NCBI RefSeq assembly: GCF_036321535.1 | Contig: NC_087437.1 | Span: 4,030,001-4,094,000 of the forward strand | DNA: 64,000 nucleotides | Reading direction: 5' to 3' | Origin: Camelus dromedarius | Lineage: Eukaryota | Shown here: positions 42,901 to 55,883 of the stretch, piece after piece | Layout of the letters: each line of letters starts with the position of its first letter | Position numbering within the stretch: position 1 is the stretch's first letter | Notes under the pieces: model-generated | Database searches by the model: none | Told to the model about the DNA's origin: nothing | Seen by the model: the letters and a program-made list of their open reading frames with translations, nothing else | Position numbers and translations under genes: made by a program

Positions 42901-45900
42901 TGTTGATGACACTTAGGTTGCTTCCATGTCTTGGCTATTGTAAACAGTGCCGCTAAGAAAACTGGGGTGCATGTAACAGACTTGCAGACACAGTAAACAA
43001 TCTTATGGTTCCTGGGGGAAAAGGGGTGGGAAGGGATAAATTTGGATAGTTGAGATTTGCAAGTGTTAACTACTATATATAAAAATAGATAAATAACAGA
43101 TTTCTTCTGTATAGCACAGGGAACTATATTCAATATCTTGTAGTAACCTTTAATGGAAAAGAATATGAAAATGAATATATGCATGTATATGCATGGCCAG
43201 GACATTGTGCTGTACACCGGAAACTGACACATTGTAACTGACTGTACTTTAATTAAAAGAATATTTAGGTCAAAATGGGAAAGCTCAAACAGCCAAGCTA
43301 GCTTTTATGTGATCAGAAATTCTGTTCCCTGGTGGAGGAGGGGTGGCTTGGAGGAGTGAAGGTGCCTGGGGCAGAGAGAAGAGAGGCAGAAACAGGGCAG
43401 CTAGAGAGACTTATGGAGGCCGAGGAAGAAGGATTTGAGAGCAGGATGGTGAGGTTTGGGGGAGGCATGAGGGATGGACTGAAGCAGCTCAGAGATGAGA
43501 AAGAGCTGTAGAGTCAGACAGAGATTTAAGGTGAGAGAGGCAAAGACAGACAAATACAGGCATACTTTGGACATATTTCAGGTTTGGTTCCAGACCAAGG
43601 CAGTAAAACGAATATCACAATAAAGCGAGTCACACACACACACACACACAAAAGAAATTCTGTCTGGATGAGCACAGATTTTGAGGAATTTGTGTGCCGT
43701 TTGCATGCATTCCTATGAATAATCTGATCATGCATGTGTTCTCTTTATTCTATGAACCTTGCACTCCCAAATTTTTTCTGAAATAGTAACCTATAAAAAC
43801 ACATGGAAAAAAGCAAAGACAGCTGTCCTCAATTTGAGGTGCACATTCCCAAGTGGCTGGGAAGAGTGATCATGCACTGAAAACCATCTCAAGTCAGTAG
43901 TGACAACACTTCACAGGGAAGCTCTGTTGGTTTGAGTTGTCAATCATCTCGAAGTCACAGAACATTTCTTTTTCAATGAAAGTCCTTTTACATTATTCAG
44001 ATTCTTTTATAGCTGTTCCATAATCACACAGGCAGTTTAGCAGACAATTGGGAGGATTCTGATTAAAGGGAAGGTTGATTTTACAGCAGTACCCCAAGTG
44101 TATTTTTGGCTCTCATGTACAGATAACTGGAATGTCATTGTAACTGAACTACTATTTCTTTTTTTTTTTTTTTTTAATTGAAGTACACTCAGTTACAATG
44201 TGTCACTCTCTGGTGTACAGCACAATGTCCCAGTCATGCATGTACATACATATATTCTGTTTTGTTTTGTTTTGTTTTTTGGTGGAGGGAGGTAATTAGG
44301 TTTATTTATTCTTGGAGGAGGTACTGGGGATTGAACCCAGGACCTCATGCATGCTAACCATGCACTCTACCACTTGCGCTATACCCTCGCCCCCATACAT
44401 ATATTCTGAACTACTATTTCTTTTCATTAAAAAATCTTTGTTTTCCTTTTTTTGGGGGGTGGGGCTTGGGGAAGGTAATTAGGTTATTTTTACTTATTTA
44501 TCTATTTTACGAGATGTACTGGGGGACCTCAATCCAGGACCTCATGCATGCTAAACATGTGCTTTAGCCCTGAGCTATACCCTCCCCCCTGAACTACTAT
44601 TTCTTAATTATCCTTATTTGTGGATAGATTTCTAATTAGACACTCTGAAGTTTGAAAACTCTCAGGTCACCAGACTACTATCAGAAGATGGCACTTGGTA
44701 AACAACGTTGTCTTCAAGTGCAAATTCTTCTGCTTTTTCAACAGATATCTCCCATGCATATGTAGCATGGGCATTTGTTAATATATACTGTACCCAATTC
44801 TTTCTCTCACCAACCTGCTGTGCACTGGAGGAGAAGGTAGTAAAGACAGGGTCCTCTGACATTCCTCGCTGCCCTACATCCTTAGCAACACTTGCTATTG
44901 TCAGTTTTTATAAGTTTTAGGCTTTCTGATGGGTGTAGTAGACCACTCTGGTCCACTGATGGTGGGAGTGTGAACAGTTCAAACTGTTGAAACTGTTTGG
45001 CTGCCAAGACTTAAGCTGAATATAGATGAACAAGTTATAATCCAGACATTCTACTCCTTAAGTATAGACTCAATAGAAAATTGTACAAAAGTCCACTGAA
45101 AGACATGTACAAGACTGTTCACAGCAGCACTATTTATAAAAGCAAAATGTGGGAATAACCCAAATATTTATCAATAGCAGAATGGATAAATAAATCATGG
45201 TATATTCACACAATGGAATATTATACAGCAACGAGACTCAATGAATATCGTTATTATATTATCCACAGCAACAACGAATAATTGCACAAGCATATACTTG
45301 GGCAAAAGAAGCCAGAAATCAAAGTGTGTATGATTCCACTTAAAAGTTCAGTAACAGATAAAACTAATTTATGATCCTGGGATGGTGATGAGCTTGGGGG
45401 GCTGGTGGGACTGGAGTGGACATGAGGGGATTCTGGGATACTCTATTGTGGTCCGATGTTTTATTTCTTCCCCTGTGTGGTGAGTGCACAGGTGTATTTG
45501 TATTCATCAAGCTGTGTGTTTATAATTTGTGTACTTTTCTGATGCACACGACAGCTTAATAGTAAGTCTGCGAGAGCTAATGCACAGCATGGTGATTACA
45601 GACAGCACTACTGTAGCCTATACTTCCAAGTTACTAAGAAACTAGATCTTAGACATTCTCATCACAGGAAAGAAATGATAATTATGTGACATGATCAAGG
45701 AGTTACCTGACACTATGGTGGTAATCCTATTATAATATGTATATATATCAAACCAACTATACAAATGTATCAACACATTGTACACCTCAAACTTACACAC
45801 TGCTGTATGTCAATTATATCTCAGTTTTAAAAAGTTTCATAAACATTTGAAAACAAACCTCAATTCTCACTCATTAGGAGTGGGCATGGTGGTGGAAGCC

Positions 45901-48900
45901 CTATAGTACTACACATCATATATGTCCCACCGGACACAGCACAGTCCCTGGACTGATGTGCCTCATGCTCCTTCCAGTGTAGGTCAAGCCATCCCCACTG
46001 AGGTGTGTCCCCCTGAAAGCAGGTGCCTTTGTGTCCTCAGTTTTGCTTCCTGTCCTCTTAGCTGGCTTGGATTGAAGGAAATGAAGCTAATCTTCTTAAG
46101 TGAGAAAGACTCTTGGAGAATAGACAAAAGAGATGGCTTTGTTTCTTTCATTCTGTCCATATTTTGAGGAACCCAGAGGAAGACAACGGAATGGAGTGGA
46201 ATTCCTTCATAGCTCTGAAGCACAAGGACAGTTGCAAAAAATACACATGCAAAAGATGTCCCAGGGCTTCTCACTGCCCGCACTCATCCCATATATGAAG
46301 AGGACCTAGCACAAGGGACCTATTTTAAAAATTCTACAACAGTTGTGCCCACAATGATTTCAACTCAGATTTGCTATTGTGGTAATTTAAAGTGGGCTCT
46401 CTCTCCATCAGAAGTGCTGACGGGAAACGGCGAGCCCTGATGTTAGTTTGCAGCCCCGCAGCCCCAGCACTTACACGATCTCCTCGCAGGCCCTTTGCTC
46501 CATGGTCCCCGGAAATCCCTCTCTCTCCTGGGATTCCCTAAAGTTAACACAAATCAGAAGAAGGACAACATAAGAATTTTAAATAACACTAATAAAAACA
46601 AAGAGCTTACCTTCTCCCTGATTTCAATTGTTAAGTATTTTTCTACTAAAGTTATTTCTAAACTGGAAAGAGGAATAGCCCATAGTTTCAGGCATCATAC
46701 AAGTAATTTAAGAGTGACCTCATAAATAAGGTCCTACTACACAGCACAGGGAACTGTATTCACTATCTTGTAATAACCTGAAATCTGAAAAAGAATAGAT
46801 ATATCACTTTGCCATACATAATATTGTAAATCAACTCTACTTCAATCAAGAAAAGAGAAAGTGACCTCAATTATTGGCCACAGTGGTGAACAATGTGTTC
46901 CAGACACATTTGTTGTCTTGCTCAGTTTTTACAGCTTCTTTATAAACCAGGTATAATTTATCTTTCTCTTGGCGAGGCAGCTGAGGTTCCGAGAGATTAT
47001 CCATTTTCCCCAAAGGGGCTGCATCAGCTAGAAAGCAAGTTCCTGACTCCACTGCTCATCCTTTCATGACAGATAAAGTGGGTAGTGGAAGTATGGCTGC
47101 TCTGGGATTTGTTCCTGAGGGAGGGAGTGGCACACACACTCGGTGTACTGCCCAGCACCAAGACTGTGGTCCCAGGAGGAAAAGAGGCAAGTGAAACGAA
47201 GCCCCCAGCGAACCTACAGACACATGAGCCAAGGTCATGACCAGCTGAGAGCAGCTGAACTTCTCAGACACATAAATGTTTATTATTACATGCAGCGGAG
47301 GTTCCGTCATCATTGCAAAGCTGACTGATACCCCTGGGGTGGCCCTTCTACTCTGTTAATCACACTTTTAATTCCCATGTTGTCTCTTTATTGAATCCCT
47401 ACCTGGACTCCATCATCACCTTTTTCTCCTTTTGCTCCAGGAAGACCATCGTCACCCTAAAAAACAGAAAAGAATAAACTCAAATTCCCATTTTCTTAAC
47501 GAGACATAGCTCAGAAGGACCTTTGTGGTACAAAGGGAAGGCTCTACCTTTTCTCCATTTAACCCATCAATTCCGCTTTCCCCAACTTCTCCCTGAAAAG
47601 ACAGATGTGATCAGAATAGAGGGCATTGCATTTATGTGGAGAGAAGCCAGACACCGAACAAAAAGTCTGATTTTGTGTTTTGGAGACAGCCTCTTTGCTA
47701 GGCTGGCCCTGGGTAACATAAAAGATTATTGAGTAATAGAAACTGTCCACAAATAATACACATTGACTGCAATAAAGGGCAGGAGTAAACAAAATCAAAC
47801 AGTAAGCAATAAAAAAAAAAAAAAAGGAAGGTCAACAGAAACTTCCTTTGTGCAATCTACTGGTCAGTCATCTCAAATAAACCTATTCCTAGAAACAGAG
47901 GCAGATGAATGATGGCTGGCACCATACCTCCTGTCCATTTAGTCCCTTGTGTCCCTGAAAACAGAAAAGACAATCAGGGTTAGCGCAGGCACGCGGAGTT
48001 AACGTTGAGAAGACTTCACAGCATCCCGAGCGGCCCTTACCTTCGGACCCCGGGCGCCATAGCATCCCTTAGCGCCCTGCTCTCCCACTGGTCCAGGCGC
48101 TCCTCTTTCTCCCTGAGAAAGAGCACAGATCCACATAAGCTTTGTCTACTGTTGCCTGGAATCTGTCTTGGAAATCTGACAACTTTCGTGTTGGAAAAAA
48201 AAATGTGACTGCTCATAGTTTACAATCTATAGAACTCGGGCTTATAAAACCTGAGAATGAAAGTAAATCAGAGCTCCTCTGATGACAGCCCTTTGTGTTA
48301 AACCCCACCTGGACACTTCCCAGGGTGTGGCGGTAATCTAAAGGAAACACACACACAAACGACTGGCAGCTAACATGCACTCTCAGGGCTTCAGGAGATA
48401 TTCCAGGAACTGATAACAAAGAGCTGGTGAGACATCAGAGAAGGAAGGATGCTCTAGGTAGGATGAAGCAGGAGGCAGATTTCTAGACCAAATTCCACCT
48501 CCCTTCTCTTTCTTCCTTAAGCCAAAAACTCCTGCAATCCCTGTCTTGGTAACCCCACCAGTCTGGGCAGTCTTGTGAGATGGAACAAAGATGCCATCCT
48601 TAGCTTCTCTCCCCCAGGTGGTCACCAAGTTATGTCTGTTCAACCACCTTAACACATCCATCCTCACTGCCCTACAACCTACTCCTGCAAGACCCCTGCC
48701 CGTAACCACCGCCTTACCATCCCCCGTGATGTCGCCTCCGCACGCTTTCTAAACCAGTCCCCTAACCATTCACACTTCTGGGCTTAACATCATTCCCTGG
48801 CTGCCCATCAACTGGAAGCCACCATCCAAGTCTTCTGCAGGGTATCCGACACCCCCCAACATCTCGCCACGTAGCCTGCTCTCACTGTGTCCTGGGTTCC

Positions 48901-51304
48901 CAGCCACAGTGACCACGGGTCATTCTGCAAACACACAGCTCTCTCTGTTACACACCCTTGGACACACTGTTCTCTCTGTAGTTGAACTTTCTTCCCTTAC
49001 AGACTTCGCCTGGTTCCATCTGTCCTTCAGATGCTGGCCCAGACATTACTCCTATCTGCAGTCTTCCTCTCCCAAACCCCAGCTGTCATCAGGGCTGTTA
49101 CTTGACACTGTTTAGTATTTGCACAGACACACTCTGCCACACTGCCCCCCTCATAACACCTCGAGTACAGTCCTTGTGTAGAGTAACTGGAAATACTATT
49201 GTCTCCTTTGTCTTTCTACCAGCCTGGAAGTTACCTGAGAGAGGAACCCATGTTTTTTTTCTTTCTTTCTTTTTATTTCTAGGGACTGGCATTGCACCGG
49301 GCTCAGGGTAAGATGCGTTAATACACACTTGTTAAATGAATGATGAGTTCATTTATGAGTGAGGTCTTTGATAAATAATGTTGTCAATGGTAAGATTCTT
49401 AATATACACTTGTTAACTGAATGGGTGGAAGGAAGGAAGGAGAAAAGGATGAACGGATGCAGGAAAAAGTGAGATAAACAGTGTGGTGAGCTGGTCTACT
49501 TGTGCAAAATGAATTAGAAAGGGGGAAATGGCAGTGATTTGACTCCCCTGGTGAAAAGATAACCCTTGCACTGAGTTCGTCAGACGATATCGGTGGATAC
49601 TCAGAGAAGACACGGCAGGTGAAGGAAACCCTCGTGACCACCAGCAGCCTAAGGAGGACTAGGAAAGGCCTCAGATCTTGCGCACGAATCCTTAGAACCC
49701 AGACTTTCCCTGCTTCCCGCTGGCTTGATACAAATGACTTCAATACGGCAGATCAGCTCTTAGGAATAAATGGAGCTGAAAGAAACAGACTTACAGCAAT
49801 GCCTTCCTCTCCCAGGTAGCCTTCACTGCCTTTAAAGCCTGGGGGTCCCTGCAAATAAGGAAAGGAAGAATACATTAGCACCTCACAGACCAACTGCCAG
49901 GGGTAATCAGGCAGAACTCTTCTACTTTACAGTTTGACTTTATATAGAATAGTACGAGCTTGGGGGGAAAAAAAGGTCTTCCTTCCACAGCCTAAGCTGC
50001 ATCGATGCACGTGAAAATAAAAGGAATTTCGAGACAAGTATCCAGATAACTCAAGGGGGTGTGTGTGTGCGCGCGCGCGCGTGTGTGTGAATCATAATAT
50101 TGCCCATAACGCTCTCTAAATTGAACCGAAGTTTTTTCCCAAACTTTCAAACGCACACACCTCTATTTGCCCCCTGACAGACTAAAATCATCCTCTTTTC
50201 ATTAAAAGTCTTTTGGAGGATTTATGCTACACATAAAAAAACAGACCACACAAGATTTCTTTCCATTTTTTCCTGAGATCTGTTTTATAAAAAAGAAATC
50301 TGGGGGGAGGGTAGGTTGTCAGTTCAATCTTCTGTACCTCCGTTAAAAAAAAAAAAAAATCTACCATTCTCTTTAAAGGAAGTTGAAGCATTCAGGAAAT
50401 AATTAGTCCAAAAACTTTCTTCAGAGACACAGCCATGGTGATTTTCAAGTCCCAGTGCTATGCATAAATTATTCAAAAATCAAACACACATGTAAATAGG
50501 CAGAAATGAACTTATTAAACACATCCATCCATAGTACGTTTATACACATTGGAACATTTTCTCAAGCCCCAAATCACATTTTTACATTACAATGCATCCA
50601 CTTCTTTGAGTTAGGAAATACACAAATCTGTTGTTGGTTATTGTTTTCCTAATTGGCCTGTTTTTATATATCTGTGGCAACATTTTGGTCTGGCTAGAAC
50701 CAAAGGAAACATCTTAGCATCTTTTGCTATGCTAGGGTGATGTGATCTGGCCTGATTTTCAGGGGACTACACAACATACTCCCTGCTTGATTTAAATGAC
50801 TCTGCAGCCACTAACAAGGGAAACTGAGAAAACGTGTCAGCATTCAGGAGGTTTTCATTATTCAACAGGAGAGATCACAGATGTTTTTCCTGCATCATTG
50901 TCATCACTGCAAGAACACTGGATAATCAATGATCTTGGCAGTTTTTCTCCTGATACTTGTCTAAAAATGTTTTTAAAAGGCTCTAAGGTAGGATGCTGAG
51001 AAAAAGCCATGAGTATCTAATCTGACCTATAAAAAGATGAGCAGGATAAATGGTTACCTCAGGGACTCTACCCTAGAAGTTAAAAACACCCCTTATTTCT
51101 ACCTAAACCCATGTGGGAAAGACATACTACAATCAAATAAAGTGAGCCATGATCTTAATTAAAATCACCTTTTTTCCTGGTGGTCCAGGGTCTCCCACGG
51201 TACCATCTCCTCCAATGCACTTGCAGAACAGACAGCAGCATGTCCTTTCTGCAACATTGACCTTGGGAAGGGAGGAAACACATTACAGTTGGCAACACTG
51301 CTTC

Positions 51305-51367
<63 letters not shown>

Positions 51368-54300
51368 ACACACAGGCTCAGGGATGTGATGCAGACTTCC
51401 CCGACAGCTTCGGAAGCCTGCTCCTACCACAGTGACTGCTCCAGAGAGAAGCATGAGGCATTCCTTCGCGCCCATCTTTCTGTGAGCCACATTCCCCACC
51501 ATATGAGGGATTCAGAATCAACTCAAAGAGGTTTTTGGGTTCATAAAATGGTATCCGTTTAACCATGGCCAGCTCACTGCATGCTAATTTTTTCAATTCT
51601 TATTTTTTATGGGAGTGTAGTCGATTTACAATGTTAGTTTCCCCTGTACAGCAATGCAGGCTAATTTATTCATGGGATTTCCTGCGCTCACACCATCCCA
51701 GCATTGGCCCTGGGACTGTTAATTACCCTGTATCATTCTGCCCCCAGTATTTTGCTCAGTAAAATGAAAGCATGCTGTTTTCTCCTCTCACTATTTGGTG
51801 AAATCTTTGTTTGCTAGAGGACTTAGTGTTCAATGTCACGTTCTTGGAACGGAGTCCAGTGGTAAGCACTTCCAGAGCAGTTTGTGTGTGGCAGGATTTC
51901 AAACACACCAATTGCATATTCAACATTTCAGAAGCACTTGGTGTGTAGGGTGAAGGCACAGAGAGATCTGACACTCTAGCCAAATTTTATTCTCTGGCCA
52001 AAAGCACATGCTACATACCTTGTAAAATGAATAAATTTCATTCTGGTCCTAGTTAGTCATTCCCGGGATCACTGACATATTCCTGTGCATTTTTACAGTT
52101 AACCCACAAGATTTATTTTAAGGAAAATTCTGTTTGCAATAAATGCCACATTTTTGCCTTAGTTGGGCTAGAATCACTCTCTGTGTTGAGATGTTTCTCA
52201 TCAAAATTCTAGTGTGATGAAAAAGAAAAACTTTGGCTATGTCCCCTCTTCATTTTATAATGTTTCTCTTCTGACATGAGAAAATTCTTCTGCCCGAAAA
52301 CCTCAGAAAACCCAATAAAACCTGAAATGTGTGAAACCAAATACTAACAACAACAAAATGGGTTCCGTGCTCTCATATTAGATAATTACGCATTTTATTT
52401 GGATCACTAAAATCCTACCGCACCAAATCCTTTTCTGTTAACATGAAAACTGGCGATCTCTAAAATTAAGTTTTTCTTATACAGTGTGATGTGCTATCTA
52501 AAAAATAACAGGCTTGTTTTGAAGAATAACTTCCTCCCTCTGTGAATTACACCAATACGGATTTCAAAGGGCAGTAGACAGAATCTTTTTTTTTTTTTGT
52601 AAAACAGATGCCGTCCTCCCATGTAGAAAGGAATGACAACAAAACATGCATTTCCCTAATTATTTTTATGCAGTTATTACACTGAACAAACTTCGTTCAA
52701 ATATGCATACACAAATTCTAGAGGCAGAAAGAAGCAGGAGCTAGAATTTTATTGGAATATTGATATGCTGATTACAGATTTTATAAAGTATAAGCAAATT
52801 CCAAACCATCAGCCATTCATTAAGGTGAAAAGTGGAGCCAGATAACTTAGTAACACGTCACTAATCTCATTTGAATTCTTATACATTTCTTTTTTGTTAA
52901 ATAGGATCAGCAATCAGCATAATTTAATCAGAAGACCTGCTATTTAAAAGAAATACGACTGTGATCTCCTAGAGGTGTGAGGTTCTGAAAATAGATCCCA
53001 AGGCAAAGACCGCGGTCCGTCAAGATAACCTTTAAAAACATTTCCATCATCAGGGGCAACAAAGGAGGCTCAACGTCTCATCCCTGGTTGTTCCTCCCGG
53101 GCTGGAACAGACTGCCCTGTCTCTAGTTGAACTCTAAATGTAACTGGCTCTCATTCATAAGCCATGGTGCAGAGAAAACACTCATCTGAAGCAGTAGAAT
53201 TACATTCAGCGTGGGTCTGCAAGGGACATGAAAAGCGGCTGACTGAGGGAGTCGGTAATTCACCCCTCACACCCCAGATACTCTGGTGTGTGTGTTTGAC
53301 TAACAGGGGCAGGACTGCACGTGCTATTGAGTTTTTTCTGCTTTTGCCAAGCATGTAAATGGAACGTGCTTTGACATCTCTCTACTGCATCACATTTCTT
53401 TCCAAACACCCTCGTATTTGGGCTGTTTTCTAAATCCGAAAAGCCTTACGCCACTCCCAAACGGACAAAGTGAGTTCAAATCCATAAGCATAAATATTAA
53501 ACCCATGCACAAAGCAAAGAGAAAGGTTAAACTCACCAGGCTCTTCTGAGTAACTTACCAGGTGCTTTGACAGCCGGCTCCCAAGATCCCTCATTCCGAG
53601 AGTGAGCTGGGTCCTATACTCAAATCCCTTCCCAAACTCAAGGTAGAGAAGGTCAGCCAGGTCATGTGAGCTGGTGGCTCCATCCAGACCAACAGTGATG
53701 AGAGCATTTAGGCCTGTCCAACACAGATGACAATTCTCCAGGTGAGGAGAGCTGGGCTACTTCCACCTTTCTGCATATGGATCTAAATTGTTATTCCAGG
53801 AAACAGTTGCAAGAGAAATACTCATTTTATTGCCCACTTCCCCCACCCACACAATCCAAAACTGACAAGTGATGGGACTATCATAAGAGAAAAAGGAATT
53901 CCAGTTTTCAGAACTAATTAAATCTATGTATTAATCTACAAGTAACTTACATATTAAATTACAACAGGAAACCTGAAACTAACAGAATTTTAATCAATTA
54001 TACTTCAATAAAAAACAAAACAAAACACAAAGATAACAGTACTATGAGTTCTCTGATGATCTGAAGTGAGACAGGGAGTTAAAAAGTCTGCAGAGTGTGC
54101 TGAAGCACAGAGGAGTTCACATGTCAAGAAAGTAACTGTTCTAAATCTCTGCCACCCAAAGGGGGATCGCTGGAGCAGCAGGGCCGCCTTCAGCTGGAAG
54201 CTTATCAGAAACGCAGACTCTCAGGTCCCACCCTAGACCAACAGAATCAGAATCTGTATTTTGATAAAATCCCCAGGTGATTTGTATGCACATTAAAGTT

Positions 54301-55848
54301 TGAGGAGCACGGCTCTAAACGACCTTGTAAAGAGTCAACAATCTAGTTGGAAAGGCAGGTACAAGAGACCTCTTGTCAGGCAATTAGAAACCAAGGACAT
54401 AGGACCTTCCAGAGCTGTGGCTCACAGGCTCAGAAAGTTTACAGATCAGAGTATTTCAACTAAGACTTTTAGGGACCAACAAAGGGTTAACTTCTTTCGC
54501 AAGGTAAGGACATTAAATGGTGCCGGGAGTAAACCTGGCCATCATTGGGGTGGGGGTAACCATAGCAACAACTGCGCTCTCATTTATTAATAATTACTCT
54601 GTGACTGGGAGTCGGCTACGTGCTTTTCAAGCATCATCTTATCCATAAGATGCAAATACAACAGTATAGGTGTGCACCATGACAGCTCTGCTTCACAGGC
54701 GAGCGAACGGAGGCTTAGAGATTCATCACTGGCTCAAGCGGTACTTCTAGGTTTTCACCCAGACGCTCTGGTGCCAAAGCTGACACTCAAAGGACATTTT
54801 AAGAACAAAAATGTACTCAGGACATAATCAGAGAGTAAAAAGCAGTCCTAAAGGTGAATAAATTGAGTTTTATGAAACCTTGACTCTACTGGCATAACCT
54901 GTCTCATTCTATTATAAACTGGCAAAGAAGTCTTTGGATGGGACTTAGAAACCAATGGACAGGAAGAGCTATGGAAGAGATGTTCAGGGACTCGGCAGAG
55001 TTAAGGATGCCTTCTTATATGATGTATGTTTATATGTGACTTTGAATGAGAGGAAGAGGAGAGTAAAGAGAACACAGCTCAGGGACGTGCTGGGGAGGTG
55101 CCAGCCCCAGGAGAGGTGGACAACGAGGCTGGCTGAGTGAGGGGAAGGAAGAAACACCCAAGCATGGAGTGACCAACTCGTCCTGGTTTGCCTGAATTTT
55201 CCTGGCTCCATTGCCGAGTCTCTGGATTGTCTCAAGCAAACAAGGACCGCTGGTCACTCTTCCAAGAATGAGGATGAGGTGGAGAAGAGGGAGTGGGGCT
55301 GGAGAGGCAGTGAGGAATTCTGAGCTCATTAGCTGGCATTTAACGATCTAAAGGCGGTCAATGGGTCTATTTATATGGGCAAAAGGTCTCACATCTGACT
55401 TTTCTTCTAAATTCCAGGGAATGTAAAAGTTCAAGAGTTATGAGAACTATGGGGCGGTTGATTTGCAGGAAATATGCCTATAGCTCTAATTTGCAACTGC
55501 TTTCCCCAGGACTGGAGAAGACTCCAGTCCTAGTCGTTATAGACTAGTCCAGTAAATGAGTCATATGATCTTAAACACAGCATCTTCCTTCCTAAAAATG
55601 AACTAAGAAAACGTTTTAGAAATTACGAGCATGAAGAATCACTCAGAAGATTCTAGAGTACTAGGTTTAAAAAATTAAGAAACTAGATTCGAACTCCAAT
55701 CCACATAGATTAGTTATAAAGCCACATCCACCAATGAGCATCCTTTTCTCCTGGTCTCCCCACCTCCTTTTTTTTTTTTTTTTTTAATTGAAGCAGAGTT
55801 CATTTCCAATGTTGTGTTAGTTTCAGGTGTGCAACATAGTTATTGAGT

Positions 55849-55883
<35 letters not shown>

